A stretch of 63,694 bases of DNA from Deltaproteobacteria bacterium (GCA_033763315.1 JANRKS010000038.1:1-63694), one strand, 5' to 3'; positions 37,704-47,784 are shown, numbered from the stretch's first letter. Program-made: numbers and translations. Notes: generated by a model not told the origin, from the sequence alone.

Positions 37704-39539
37704 ATGAAAAAACGTTCTCGATCGTTGTTGTGGTCTGGTTTGTTGTTGGTGCCGGTGGCATTGGCCACGGCCTGTACGTGCAGCACAATGCAACGCACCT
37801 GCTTTGCGGGCTCGCAAGCGCAGGCGTTGGCTTACGCGCGCGACGCGGTCACGGTGCAAAAGCCTTCACCCGAAGCCTGTCGGCAAGTGCTGCAAGGCAA
37901 GGGTGGCCGCTGGGAGGGCCACGTCACCGTCGCCACAAGCAAGGAAGTTTACTGCCGCTACACCTGGGTGGGCGACCGTGGCGTTCCGGCCGATCTGCAA
38001 GCGCTGGCGCCGCTGCGCCAATTTGAGATCGACGTTCCCGTCATCTCTGCCGCAGCCTTGGGCTCGCCCGAGGCTGACTTTGCCAAGCTTTATAAACAGC
38101 AAGCGGGCCGTGTGAGTTTCACAACGGATGTGAAGCCAGCCCCGCGCGCTCCTGTATGGGTTGCGGTGATCGACTCTGCGGCACACGCATGGACAGATGC
38201 CGCTCCTGATCGTTTCGGCCACGGCCGTGCGGTGGGCGCCGTTGTGAATGATCTCGCGTGCGGCGATCTCGATAGCAAAGATTGCGGCCTGCACATCGAG
38301 AACACCTTGGCGATGCCCCAGGTGGACAAGGATGTTCTCGATTACACGGATGGCGGCTTTTTCGGCTCGCGCATGCAATTGGCTGATGCCATCGAAGCCA
38401 CCGTTGCTGCGTGGGATAAAGAGCGGGCGCAAACACAAGCGAAGCTGATCATCAACCTGAGCCTGGGGTGGGACCAATCACTGCACGCACGCTATCCGGC
38501 GCCAGCGGCCGCGCAGGCTGTGAAGATCGCCTTGCAACGTGCGGCTTGTCGTGGCGCCCTTATCTTCGCTGCGGCAGGCAACCGCAACCCTGTTTCACAA
38601 AACGGCGCGCTCTACCCTGCGTTGTGGGAACAAGACGCTGCGCCAAACATTAACGAGTGCCGCCGCTTGGGCGTGCCGGTTGATCGCAAGACGCAGGATG
38701 ATCCCAAACAGGCGGCGGCCAAACGCGAGCTTTATGCGCCCTTGCTTTACGCCGTGGGTGGCGTGGACCAAACCGATACGCCGTTGATCTCAACAAGGGT
38801 GGGTGGCCAAGCACGCCTCACCGCGTACGGCATGGCCGTGATCACGGATGACGTACGCCCCAACGTGGCGTTCACGGGGTCGTCGATGGCCACGGCTGTG
38901 GCTTCAGGTGTGGCGGCCGCCGCTTGGTCTTTCGCGCCCACGTTGTCGCCGGCAGAATTGGTGGCGAAGCTTTACGACGCGGGGCAGGTGATCGATCCAC
39001 TTTTGGCGGTGCCTTCGTTCTGTTTGGGCGGCGTGGCTTGCCACACCTTGCCTGTGCGTAGGCTTTCTGTGTGTGCGGCTTTGGGTGCGATTGGCGTGTC
39101 ATCATCGTGCGTGGTTCCGGGACCCAGCGGCGAAGCACCAGCGCCAGGAACTGTGCCACCCGCGCTGCCAGCCTGCTCGGGCACAGATTGCGCCCCCACC
39201 GCCAGCAACCCCAGCGACATCGAACCATGGGTGAATCCACAACCAGGCGATCCCATTTGCCCCAGCTGCATGATCAACAAAGCACAGCTAAAGTTGACGG
39301 GAACGTTGAGCGCAGCGGCAGCGAGCAATTCAAACTACGTATGGCTCACGCGTTACTCAAGCGTGTATATCGTGGCGGAGCAGGGGGCCACGAGGCCTGT
39401 CGGCAGCACGGCAGTTGATGTTGGGCTGACGTCGCCGGAGATCCCTGGCTATCCAACGACGCAGGGGGATCTGAGTTTGTGGCTGTATCTTGGCGCGACG
39501 TGGGTTCCGCTCGGCTCGCAACAGGTCCCAGTGCAATAG
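37704..39539 (+). CDS. secreted S8 subtilisin-like serine peptidase, Cys-rich
   Basis: VAVIDS, GHGRAV, INLSLG, AAAGN, GSSMATAVASG catalytic motifs; N-terminal signal. Confidence 0.85.
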   Translation: MKKRSRSLLWSGLLLVPVALATACTCSTMQRTCFAGSQAQALAYARDAVTVQKPSPEACRQVLQGKGGRWEGHVTVATSKEVYCRYTWVGDRGVPADLQALAPLRQFEIDVPVISAAALGSPEADFAKLYKQQAGRVSFTTDVKPAPRAPVWVAVIDSAAHAWTDAAPDRFGHGRAVGAVVNDLACGDLDSKDCGLHIENTLAMPQVDKDVLDYTDGGFFGSRMQLADAIEATVAAWDKERAQTQAKLIINLSLGWDQSLHARYPAPAAAQAVKIALQRAACRGALIFAAAGNRNPVSQNGALYPALWEQDAAPNINECRRLGVPVDRKTQDDPKQAAAKRELYAPLLYAVGGVDQTDTPLISTRVGGQARLTAYGMAVITDDVRPNVAFTGSSMATAVASGVAAAAWSFAPTLSPAELVAKLYDAGQVIDPLLAVPSFCLGGVACHTLPVRRLSVCAALGAIGVSSSCVVPGPSGEAPAPGTVPPALPACSGTDCAPTASNPSDIEPWVNPQPGDPICPSCMINKAQLKLTGTLSAAAASNSNYVWLTRYSSVYIVAEQGATRPVGSTAVDVGLTSPEIPGYPTTQGDLSLWLYLGATWVPLGSQQVPVQ

Positions 39540-39546
39540 GGCGCCA

Positions 39547-40050
39547 ATGACGTCCAGCGCTTCATCGTTGGCATGGATACCTTTCGCATTGGCTGCGATG
39601 GTAGGGTGTGCCGAGGATGAAGCGTACAACCAGGGTTTCGACTCAGGGGCCGCTGACGTTAGGCTAGCGTCAAGGGACGCGCAGCTGGCCTCCGACATCC
39701 TAAGTGATGCCGCTCCGACTAAAGACTCAGCCCCCTGGGACTCAGTGCCAGACTCGCGAGACGAATGGAGCCGACTACGTAGTGCGTGTGATGAGGCGTG
39801 TCACGTTTCAACCCAAGTGGTCTGCCCAAATACGGAATCAGAGGCGGGTTGCAATCGATCGTGTGTGAAAGGCGGTGAGCGATGCACCGAGGAGGTCATC
39901 GCCCTGTTGCTCTGCTTAGCCGCCGCGGGAACTGCGGCACTTGAGTGCCAGCCAGTCGCTCAATCGCCAACCTTGAAGCAAGACCAGTGTGTGATTCCGA
40001 TGCAGACCCTGATCCACTGTCAGACGCAGAATCTTGCCAGCGAGTTGTAA
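39547..40050 (+). CDS. Cys-rich lipoprotein
   Basis: lipobox MVGC; multiple CxxxC pairs. Confidence 0.65.
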   Translation: MTSSASSLAWIPFALAAMVGCAEDEAYNQGFDSGAADVRLASRDAQLASDILSDAAPTKDSAPWDSVPDSRDEWSRLRSACDEACHVSTQVVCPNTESEAGCNRSCVKGGERCTEEVIALLLCLAAAGTAALECQPVAQSPTLKQDQCVIPMQTLIHCQTQNLASEL

Positions 40051-40083
40051 GAAATCTGACTCCGTCACTCTGTCTCTCCCCCT

Positions 40084-40638
40084 TCACCGCGTCTGCACCA
40101 CCACCAACCTCAACACCTTCGTGCCGTCATTCGTCGAGATGTGACGCTGCCCCGCCTTTAAGTAAAACGCGTCGCCCTTGCGCGCTTGGTAGGTGCCGCG
40201 GCCGAAGGCTTCGATGGTTAACGTGCCTTCGATGACGTAGCCGCACAGATCCACGGGGTGTTGCTCTTCTTCGCGCACCTTTGAGCCAGGTTGGTACTCC
40301 TCGTACGTCAACACCAAGTTCGCGTCGCGGTGGGCGGGGAAGGCGTACCAAAATGTGCGATCTTTGCCCTCAAGGGCGCGCATGCTTTTGCGGGGGAACA
40401 CCAGCGGCAATTCCGCGTCGCCGGCCAGGCCACCAAAGAAAGTGACCACGTCTGTGCCCAGGGCCTCCAAAACCTTGATCAGCGACTGAATGGTGGGCGA
40501 GGCCGTGCCTGCCTCCAGCTTCGACAAAAAGCTGGGCGCGATGCCCGCCCGCGTCGCGGCCTCACGGAGCGACAATTTCTTTTCTTCCCTGAGCGTGCGC
40601 AAGCGGGCGGCAATGCGGGGCGTGTCGGTGGTGCGCAT
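40084..40638 (-). CDS. XRE-family HTH regulator with cupin domain
   Basis: LRTLREEKKLSLREAA..SFLSKLEAG..PT; C-terminal cupin. Confidence 0.92.
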   Translation of the reverse strand: MRTTDTPRIAARLRTLREEKKLSLREAATRAGIAPSFLSKLEAGTASPTIQSLIKVLEALGTDVVTFFGGLAGDAELPLVFPRKSMRALEGKDRTFWYAFPAHRDANLVLTYEEYQPGSKVREEEQHPVDLCGYVIEGTLTIEAFGRGTYQARKGDAFYLKAGQRHISTNDGTKVLRLVVVQTR

Positions 40639-40713
40639 GCAGCCTTTATAAGCCGCTTGGGGCCGGTTGGCGACGCCCGTGCCGCGGTTGGTCGCATGCA
40701 AATTCACCTTGTT

Positions 40714-40723
40714 CTCTATAGAG
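40714..40723. promoter_or_regulatory. palindrome CTCTATAGAG, possible operator or overlapping -10 elements
   Basis: perfect 10-bp palindrome between the divergent XRE regulator and the EamA operon. Confidence 0.3.
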
Positions 40724-40743
40724 GTCACTCGTACACTCACTCC

Positions 40744-41643
40744 GTGTTCGCGCTCGCCCCTGTTTTCGTCGCCCGATCCGCGTCCTCGCACGCGTGGTTG
40801 TGGCCGGCCGTGGCCACCACGGTGTTGTGGGGCGTGTGGGGGGCATTCGCGGATGCACCCGAGGCCGCGGGCTTCCCCGCCACGCTGGGGTTCGTCGCGT
40901 GGGTGATCGCGTTGCTGCCCGTGGCGGCCGCCGCGTGGCGCACGCACCCCGGGCCCCTACCGCGGTCGGCTCGTGCCATCGTTCTTGGCTTTGCGGGTGG
41001 GTTGCCCGCTGGCCTTGGCAATTTGCTGCTGTTTTTTGCCCTGCGCACCGGGCCCGCCTCACTGGTGTTCCCGCTGGTTTCGCTTTACCCCATCATCACG
41101 GTGTTGCTTGGCGCGCTGGTGTTGCGTGAACGCGTGCCGCGCGCGGGTTGGCTGGGCATTGGCCTTTGCACGATCGCGCTGCCTTTGCTTGTTGTGCAAA
41201 CGGGCGGCGGCGATGCGACCGGCACGGCCTGGATCGCCTACGCGATCATCGTGTGCTTGTTGTGGGGGGTGCAGGCATTTTTGTGGAAGCTGGCTGAGCC
41301 CCTGCTTTTGCCCCAAGCGCTGACTGTGTATTTGGCGGCCGCGAACCTGCTGCTGATTCCGTTCGCCGTTTTGATCACCACGTCGTGGCAGCACATCAAT
41401 TGGGGCTGGGGTGGCTTGGGCCTTGCCATGTTGGTGCAAGCGCTCAACGCCATCGGTGTGTTGACGTTCGCGCACGCTTTGGCGCGCGGGCCCAGTGTGG
41501 TTGTGGTGCCGTTGACGGCGCTGGCGCCCTTGATCACGGTGGTGCTCAGCCTGCTTGTGCAAGGCTCGTTGCCATCTTTGCCCAAGGCCGCCGGCATCGC
41601 GTTGGCCACGTGCGCGGGTTTCATTTTGGCGAGCAAAACATGA
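40744..41643 (+). CDS. DMT/EamA family transporter
   Basis: two EamA repeats (LWGVWG..GPASLVFPLVSLYP..LRERV; LWGVQ..GPSVVVVPL); start estimated. Confidence 0.88.
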   Translation: MFALAPVFVARSASSHAWLWPAVATTVLWGVWGAFADAPEAAGFPATLGFVAWVIALLPVAAAAWRTHPGPLPRSARAIVLGFAGGLPAGLGNLLLFFALRTGPASLVFPLVSLYPIITVLLGALVLRERVPRAGWLGIGLCTIALPLLVVQTGGGDATGTAWIAYAIIVCLLWGVQAFLWKLAEPLLLPQALTVYLAAANLLLIPFAVLITTSWQHINWGWGGLGLAMLVQALNAIGVLTFAHALARGPSVVVVPLTALAPLITVVLSLLVQGSLPSLPKAAGIALATCAGFILASKT

Positions 41644-42392
41644 AACGAACGGTTGTGGTTTCCGGGGCTTCATCGGGCATTGGAGCGGCGTGCGCGCAAC
41701 GCTTTGCACGCGAAGGTTACAATGTGTTGCTCACCGCTTTGGATGAGCCTGGATTGGCGGCCGTGGCTGGCACATTGCCAGAAGGCAATCACCACTACAT
41801 CGCGGGTGATTGGCTCGATCCGCAGACGCCGGCGCGTGTGGCCTCGGTCATTGAAGATCGTTGGGAACGTGTGGATGCGGTCGTCAGTTGTGCCGGTGCC
41901 TTTGTGAGCACCGATCTGCAGGCCGACGAATATGAAGCCTGGTCGCGCGCGTTTCGTTTGGTGTTTGAGGGCGCCTGGCGTCTGACACGCGCGGTGATGC
42001 CACTGCTACGCGACCACGGGCGCATCGTTCACGTATCATCCATTCACGGCGGACGCGCCGAACGGAATGCCAGTGGTTATGCTGTTGGCAAAGCGGCCAT
42101 GGATCAGTTGTGTCGCGGCCTGGCCGTCGAGCTGGCCCCGCGGGGCATCCTGGTGAATGCCATCGCGCCTGGTTTTGTGCGCACGCCCATGTCGGTGCGT
42201 AACGATGGTGTCGACGAACTGCGAACCGATTGGTTCAAAAGCAACTACGTGCAAGGGCATCATTTGCCTCTACGTCGCGCTGCAGAGCCGCACGAGATCG
42301 CGGGTGTGGCGCACTTTCTCTGTGGGCCCGATGCCTCTTACATCACTGGTCAAATAATCACGGTCGATGGTGGATTAACGATCACGTTTTGA
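41640..42392 (+). CDS. SDR family oxidoreductase
   Basis: SGASSGIG, YAVGK, VNAIAPG, ITVDGG. Confidence 0.93.
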   Translation: MKRTVVVSGASSGIGAACAQRFAREGYNVLLTALDEPGLAAVAGTLPEGNHHYIAGDWLDPQTPARVASVIEDRWERVDAVVSCAGAFVSTDLQADEYEAWSRAFRLVFEGAWRLTRAVMPLLRDHGRIVHVSSIHGGRAERNASGYAVGKAAMDQLCRGLAVELAPRGILVNAIAPGFVRTPMSVRNDGVDELRTDWFKSNYVQGHHLPLRRAAEPHEIAGVAHFLCGPDASYITGQIITVDGGLTITF

Positions 42393-42402
42393 AAGAACGA
42401 AC

Positions 42403-43575
42403 ATGAAGATAGAAGCTGTAGATTTCTTTTATGTCTCTATGCCCGTCGTCGACGACATCGGAGATGGCAGCCAAGACGCCTGCCTCGTCCGTGTACGTGC
42501 GGGCGGCTTCGAAGGGTGGGGCGAATGTGAAGCCGCGCCGCTGCCCACAATCGCGGCGTTCATTTGCCCCATGTCACACAGCGCGTGTAAGCCAGTGGCC
42601 GCGTCAGTGGTGGGGCAAAACGTCGAAAGCCCGGCCGACATTCGTCGCATCAACGAACTGGTGCGGCTGCAAAGTTTCGATCTCCTGCAAGCGGACCACA
42701 CGCTTTCCGGCATCGACATTGCCCTGTGGGATTTGCTGGGCCGCCAACGGCAAGCGCCCGTATGGTCGTTGCTCGGCTTCACCAAGCCCACGCCCAAAGT
42801 CCCTTATGCGTCGGTGTTGTTTGGTGACTCACCTCAACAGACGCTGGCCAAAGGTCGCAGCGCGGTTGCCCAGGGCTTTCGTGCGGTCAAGTTTGGTTGG
42901 GGGCCTTATGGACACAAGCGCGTGGAGGACGACGCCGCGCAAGTGTTTGCCGCACGCGAAGGCATCGGCAGCGAAGCGCTGCTCTTGGTGGACGCCGGCA
43001 CCGCCTTTGGGGAAGACATTGAGGCCGCGGCGCTGCGTTTACCGGCCCTTGAACAAGCGCGAGCCACGTGGCTTGAAGAGCCTTTCGTCGCAAATGCTTT
43101 TGACGCTTATGGTGCGTTGGCCAAGCGCTGCAAGTTTGTGCGGCTGGCGGGCGGTGAAGGCAGCCACAACGCTCACATGGCGCAGAACCTTCTTCACCAC
43201 GGCGGCGTCGGCTTCGTTCAGATCGATACAGGCCGCATTGGCGGCATCACCACCGCGTTCGATGTGGCGAACATGGCCAAGGCGGCACACGTGCAATACG
43301 TGAATCACACGTTCACAACGCCGCTCGCTTTGTCGGCCAGCTTGCAGCCCTTTGCGGGAATGAAGGATGAGTTGTGTGAAGTGCCGGTTGAAGCCTCGCC
43401 GTTGGCCAGCACCCTGTGCACCACGGGTCTTAATCGGGACGCGCAGGGGCACCTGCTCGCACCCAACGCACCCGGGTTGGGCTTGCAGATCAACCTCGAC
43501 ACTGTGAAGCGATACCTCTTGGACGTGCAGATCAAAGTCGGCGGCAGGGTGCTCTACGAAACGCCGGCTTTGTGA
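42403..43575 (+). CDS. mandelate racemase/muconate lactonizing (enolase superfamily) enzyme, probable sugar-acid dehydratase
   Basis: GWGE, IDIALWDL, LLVDA, WLEEP, AGGE, QIDTGRIGG, VNH. Confidence 0.9.
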   Translation: MKIEAVDFFYVSMPVVDDIGDGSQDACLVRVRAGGFEGWGECEAAPLPTIAAFICPMSHSACKPVAASVVGQNVESPADIRRINELVRLQSFDLLQADHTLSGIDIALWDLLGRQRQAPVWSLLGFTKPTPKVPYASVLFGDSPQQTLAKGRSAVAQGFRAVKFGWGPYGHKRVEDDAAQVFAAREGIGSEALLLVDAGTAFGEDIEAAALRLPALEQARATWLEEPFVANAFDAYGALAKRCKFVRLAGGEGSHNAHMAQNLLHHGGVGFVQIDTGRIGGITTAFDVANMAKAAHVQYVNHTFTTPLALSASLQPFAGMKDELCEVPVEASPLASTLCTTGLNRDAQGHLLAPNAPGLGLQINLDTVKRYLLDVQIKVGGRVLYETPAL

Positions 43576-43611
43576 CGGCTGCGGCAAGGCGTTTGCGGTA
43601 AGCTGGCGCCT

Positions 43612-44772
43612 ATGCCAGCGCTGTTTGGTCGTCTTCGCGGCTTGGGTCTTTGCGGCATCCTGCTGTGCGGCTGCTTCGTCGCCTGCCAGTCATCAACGTC
43701 TACGGCCCCTGCAGATGACGATGCTGCCGTCGGTGGCAACCCAGCGGGCGCGGGCGGCGCCTCTGCGGGCGCTGGTGGCATGGCCAACGGCGGTGCGGCC
43801 GGCGCGGGCGTGGCAGGCGCCGGTGGCGCACACAGCGGTGGCACGAACACGGGCGGTGCAGTCACAGGAGGCGCCGGTACGGGTGGAGCCCCTACGCCCG
43901 CCAACGCCGTGGTCATCGACACGCACACCCATTTTTGGGATCCCACGCGCCCCATCCCCGCCGGCCGCACGCAACCCATTCCCTGGCCCGGCCCCGGCGA
44001 CACGGCGCTTTACCGCAAGATCTTGCCGCCCGAATACGCGACCAAACGCGCCGGAACCGGCATCACGGGCACCGTGGTTGTGGAAGCCAGCGGTTGGTTG
44101 GAGGACAACCAGTTCCTGCTCGATCTCGCAAAATCGTCTCCCGAGATCTTGGGCGTTGTTGGCAGCTTTGGTGAAGTGCTCGGCACCAACAAGTTCGATC
44201 AAGCGCTGGCGCGGTTTAAACAAGATCCGTTGTTTCGGGGCATTCGCATTGGCGGCGGCGATGTGTCCGGGGCGTTGTCTTCGCCCTCACGTTTAATGCA
44301 GCTCTCGGCGTTGGCGAACGCCGATCTTACGGTTGATACGTTGAACGTCACGATCGCTGACGTGATCAAGTTGGCCGTGGCCGTGCCGAAATTGCGAATC
44401 GTTGTGGATCATATGGCGGGCGTGCAGGCCCTGGATCCGAGCGGCGTTTGGAAGCAAGACATCGCCGCGTTGGCGGGAAGCGCCGTGGCCAAGCGCGTGT
44501 ATCTGAAGCTTTCAGGCCTCGTGGAAAGCGCCGGCATGTCCGCACCGATCGATCCTTCGCGCTACGCGGCTGCGCTCGATCACGTGTGGGAAAAGCTGGG
44601 GGAAGATCAACTGCTCTATTCCACCAATTGGCCGGTCAGCGAAGTGAACGCGCCGCTTGCCACGGTGGCAAACATCGTGAATGCGTTTTTAGCCACGAAG
44701 CCCGCCACGGCGCGCGCCAAAGTCTTCGCAACAAACGCGATGGCCGCGTATAAGTGCGCTGCCCAGCGCTGA
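43612..44772 (+). CDS. amidohydrolase_2 family (sugar lactonase-like) with lipoprotein signal and Gly-rich linker
   Basis: FVAC lipobox, G/A-rich linker, IDTHTHFW, VVDHM, LKLSG, STNWPVS. Confidence 0.88.
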   Translation: MPALFGRLRGLGLCGILLCGCFVACQSSTSTAPADDDAAVGGNPAGAGGASAGAGGMANGGAAGAGVAGAGGAHSGGTNTGGAVTGGAGTGGAPTPANAVVIDTHTHFWDPTRPIPAGRTQPIPWPGPGDTALYRKILPPEYATKRAGTGITGTVVVEASGWLEDNQFLLDLAKSSPEILGVVGSFGEVLGTNKFDQALARFKQDPLFRGIRIGGGDVSGALSSPSRLMQLSALANADLTVDTLNVTIADVIKLAVAVPKLRIVVDHMAGVQALDPSGVWKQDIAALAGSAVAKRVYLKLSGLVESAGMSAPIDPSRYAAALDHVWEKLGEDQLLYSTNWPVSEVNAPLATVANIVNAFLATKPATARAKVFATNAMAAYKCAAQR

Positions 44773-44961
44773 TGTTTCCTGTTACGAATTCGACTCACGC
44801 GGTGTATGGCCTTGCGTGCGCGCTTTTCATGCTTGCCTCACCCAAGGGGTTGATTACGTCGAGTTTACATTTCATGAACGCTCCTGATACCAACCCGATC
44901 GTGAACATGTAACGTGTATGCCCGAACTCCCGAAATGGACCGCGCGGCACACTGAAAGCAG

Positions 44962-46227
44962 ATGAAACCTGCTTCCGCTTCGCGCGTGTTGTGGCTGTCC
45001 ACGGCCGCGTTCACCTTGTTGTTCGCTGTGTGGCTGATGCTGGGCGTGTTGGCCGTGCCCATCAAGGCGGAATTTGCCCTCACGAAGCCGCAGTTCGCGT
45101 GGTTGGCTGCCATTGCCGTGCTGTCTGGGTCGCTGCTGCGTTTGCCGTTGGGCATGCTCACCGATCGGGTCGGTGGCCGCAAAATGATGACGGCGATCTT
45201 GCTGCTGACGTCACTGCCGTGCTTCTTGCTATCGCGCGCGCATTCATACGGCGCGCTGATGCTCTATGCGCTGCTGTTCGGTGTGGCTGGCAACGCATTC
45301 TCCATCGGCATCGCATGGAACGCGGCGTGGTTCTCGCGCGAAAAGCAGGGCTTCGCTTTAGGCACGTTCGGCGCTGGCAATGTGGGGGCTTCGGTGACGA
45401 AGCTCATTGGCCCCACCCTGATTGCCATCGTGCCCGCCGCCGGCATTGGCTTTGTGCCCGGTGGCTGGCGGTTCGTGCCCGTGATGTACACCGTGGCGCT
45501 GTGGATCATGGCGGCGCTCGTGTGGTTCACGTCGCCCAAGCAAGATCAAACGCCCGGCGCCGGCCGCTCACTGTCGGCGATGGTGCAGCCGCTCAAGCAA
45601 ACGCGCGTGTGGCGTTTTGGCTTGTACTACGTGGTGGTGTTTGGTGCCTACGTCGCGCTGTCGCTGTGGCTGCCCAACTATTACACCACGGTATACAGCC
45701 TGAAGCTCAGCCACGCCGCCTTGTTGACCGCACTGTTCATCTTCCCCGCCAGCTTGTTGCGCCCGCTCGGTGGTTGGCTTTCAGATCGCTTTGGCGCACG
45801 GCCTGTGACCTATGGCGTGTTCATCGCCATGGCCTTGGTGTGCCTGCCGATGTCTTTGCCGCGCTCCATCGTCAACGTGGGTCCTGCAGCGTTTGCGTTA
45901 CTCACAATCGCTTTAGGTGTGGGCATGGGCATCGGCAAAGCGTCGGTCTACAAATACATTCCCGAGTATTTCCCGCGCGACGTGGGCGCGGTGGGCGGCC
46001 TCGTGGGCACCCTCGGTGCGTTGGGCGGCTTCGTGCTGCCGCTGGCCTTCGGCTATTTGGATCAACTCACGCACGCGCCGCAAAGCTGCTTCGTGGTGAT
46101 GTTGGCGTTGGTGCTTGTGAGCTTCGCTTGGCTGCACATCGTCGTACGGGGGCTGCGGTCCCCCGAAGCCGCTTTAGTCCTGCCAGGTGACCGCTTGCCG
46201 CAGCACCTGAACGCCGTTGGGCGGTGA
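44962..46227 (+). CDS. narK: NarK/NasA nitrate-nitrite MFS transporter
   Basis: LLRLPLGMLTDRVGGR, GTFGAGNVG, YYVVVFGAYV, RPLGGWLSDRFG, GIGKASVYK. Confidence 0.9.
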   Translation: MKPASASRVLWLSTAAFTLLFAVWLMLGVLAVPIKAEFALTKPQFAWLAAIAVLSGSLLRLPLGMLTDRVGGRKMMTAILLLTSLPCFLLSRAHSYGALMLYALLFGVAGNAFSIGIAWNAAWFSREKQGFALGTFGAGNVGASVTKLIGPTLIAIVPAAGIGFVPGGWRFVPVMYTVALWIMAALVWFTSPKQDQTPGAGRSLSAMVQPLKQTRVWRFGLYYVVVFGAYVALSLWLPNYYTTVYSLKLSHAALLTALFIFPASLLRPLGGWLSDRFGARPVTYGVFIAMALVCLPMSLPRSIVNVGPAAFALLTIALGVGMGIGKASVYKYIPEYFPRDVGAVGGLVGTLGALGGFVLPLAFGYLDQLTHAPQSCFVVMLALVLVSFAWLHIVVRGLRSPEAALVLPGDRLPQHLNAVGR

Positions 46228-46890
46228 CGCCACATCCGCAACTTTGAATTGTGCCATCGCGTGTTCCGCACCTACGAAAGCCACCAGTTCATCGCCGCTG
46301 CCGGTTGGCCACGTGGGCACGAAGGTTCCGCGCGCACGCACGGCACCTGAGGCCGCGACTTCGGGACTCACCGTCCACGGCATAAGTTCACCGTTGTGCA
46401 ACCAATAGAGCTTCGCTTGCACACGCACGCCAACCGTGACAGCCGGGCGCAGCACCACCTCAATGGTTGCGCCGGGTTTCACCAACAGCGCGCTTGCCGG
46501 CGCCTCGCCGCGCAGCTGCGACACGCCGTGGGCTTGCATTACGTAACTTGGCAACGTCACGCCTTGCGGTGCTGACCACAGCAAAAATGCCGCTGCGGCG
46601 AAGGCGGGTAGCGCCAAGCTTGGCACCAACCATTTCCACACAGCTGGCCACCACGCCGCTTTACGGGGCGCGACCTTGGCGGGTGCATTCATGCCAAGGC
46701 CCTTCATCGCGGCTTCATAGGCGCGGTCTTTGCCCGCAACGTTTGCCAAAGCGGCTCTGTAGTTCTCGGGCAAACCGGCCTGCGCCTGCGCCTCGCTTGC
46801 CGTGCTGCTGATCGCCGTGCCCGCGGCCTGTTGTGCGCGTGCGTGCGCGCCCAACGTTTTGAGTAAATGTTCGGCGCTGTCTGCCTTCAT
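46174..46890 (-). CDS. putative anti-sigma factor (TM + periplasmic beta domain)
   Basis: ATGA-coupled downstream of the ECF sigma; single TM; LPSYVM..LRG motif. Confidence 0.65.
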   Translation of the reverse strand: MKADSAEHLLKTLGAHARAQQAAGTAISSTASEAQAQAGLPENYRAALANVAGKDRAYEAAMKGLGMNAPAKVAPRKAAWWPAVWKWLVPSLALPAFAAAAFLLWSAPQGVTLPSYVMQAHGVSQLRGEAPASALLVKPGATIEVVLRPAVTVGVRVQAKLYWLHNGELMPWTVSPEVAASGAVRARGTFVPTWPTGSGDELVAFVGAEHAMAQFKVADVASPPNGVQVLRQAVTWQD

Positions 46891-47534
46891 GACGAGCGCT
46901 CCAACGAAATGCCACCGGGCAAGTTGCCTGTATCCGGCAAGATTTCTTTGACCAACTTCACAACTTGCTTGCGCAAGCGGCTGCGCCAAAAATAAACGGA
47001 GTCGGCTGACATATGCGTTAACTCCACAACTTCGCTCATGTCGCGCTCTTCGACGAAGAGCAACTGGAACATGTGCTGTGCCAAGGGGCTGGCGCTTTCG
47101 CGAAAGCGATCCAACAAGATGGAAAGCAGATCGCGCGACAACATGGCGGGCTCAACGTCCACGGGAACCTCGTTGGCCGCTTCACTGTCCATCACGTCTT
47201 CCCACGCCGCTTCGCCGCCCGGTGGTTTGCCCGTGCGCAAATATGACAACACGAACCGCTCCGTGAGCAGTCCCACGAAGTTGGGCAGTGACAACCCACG
47301 CGCCTCGTCCCACGCCCGCAGCTTGCGTCCATCCTCTTCGAATAGATGGGCGAACACATCCTGGCTGAGATCCTCGAGCTCTCGTGGATCGGGCGTGCGG
47401 CCTTTGCGCCACAGCACGCGCGCCACCCGGGCTTGCACCACGGGCGCAAGCACATCGACCAACGTTCGAGCGGCGCTGGGATCGCGCCCCAACGTTCGCC
47501 GGAGCAAATCCTCCATTGGAACTGGTCGCGACAT
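46887..47534 (-). CDS. ECF sigma factor
   Basis: LEDLSQDVFAHLF, LRAWD, region 4 SADSVYFWRSRLRK. Confidence 0.85.
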   Translation of the reverse strand: MSRPVPMEDLLRRTLGRDPSAARTLVDVLAPVVQARVARVLWRKGRTPDPRELEDLSQDVFAHLFEEDGRKLRAWDEARGLSLPNFVGLLTERFVLSYLRTGKPPGGEAAWEDVMDSEAANEVPVDVEPAMLSRDLLSILLDRFRESASPLAQHMFQLLFVEERDMSEVVELTHMSADSVYFWRSRLRKQVVKLVKEILPDTGNLPGGISLERSS

Positions 47535-47784
47535 GGGTGGCAGTTGGACCTGCCGCAGGGCTAACACGCCCCCTAAACGGTGTCCATGCCGCGATTGGGT
47601 TTGCCAACCGCGAGCGGCGTGCCGCGGGTTTTTCCCCGTCATTCACCAAGTTGTAGGCCCTCACGGTTGGGCTTACGCGCCGAAGTCGCCCGATCTGAGA
47701 TCGTCTCAGATTTTTTCCTGCACCCACGAAGTCCTCCTCGCAACGCAAGGCTGCCCACCCGCAGCCCGTATCACGGAGGCTCGC

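Noticed and set aside
38451-38470. ATCAACCTG partial match to the 14-bp motif (similar near 43489 and 13497)
   Set aside because: Only 8-9 bp match; at 38451 it is explained by the conserved S8 INLSLG codons.
44773-44961. FNR or sigma-54 site upstream of narK
   Set aside because: TTGAT is present but the ATCAA half-site is not, and GG-N10-GC spacing was not convincingly met.
44991-46190. Long alternative-frame and antisense ORFs (also 7456-8379, 42431-43303, 62334-63113, and N-terminal extensions such as 47038 and 17550)
   Set aside because: They shadow well-supported genes, have Arg/Ala/Pro-rich composition typical of high-GC off-frames, and show no family motifs.
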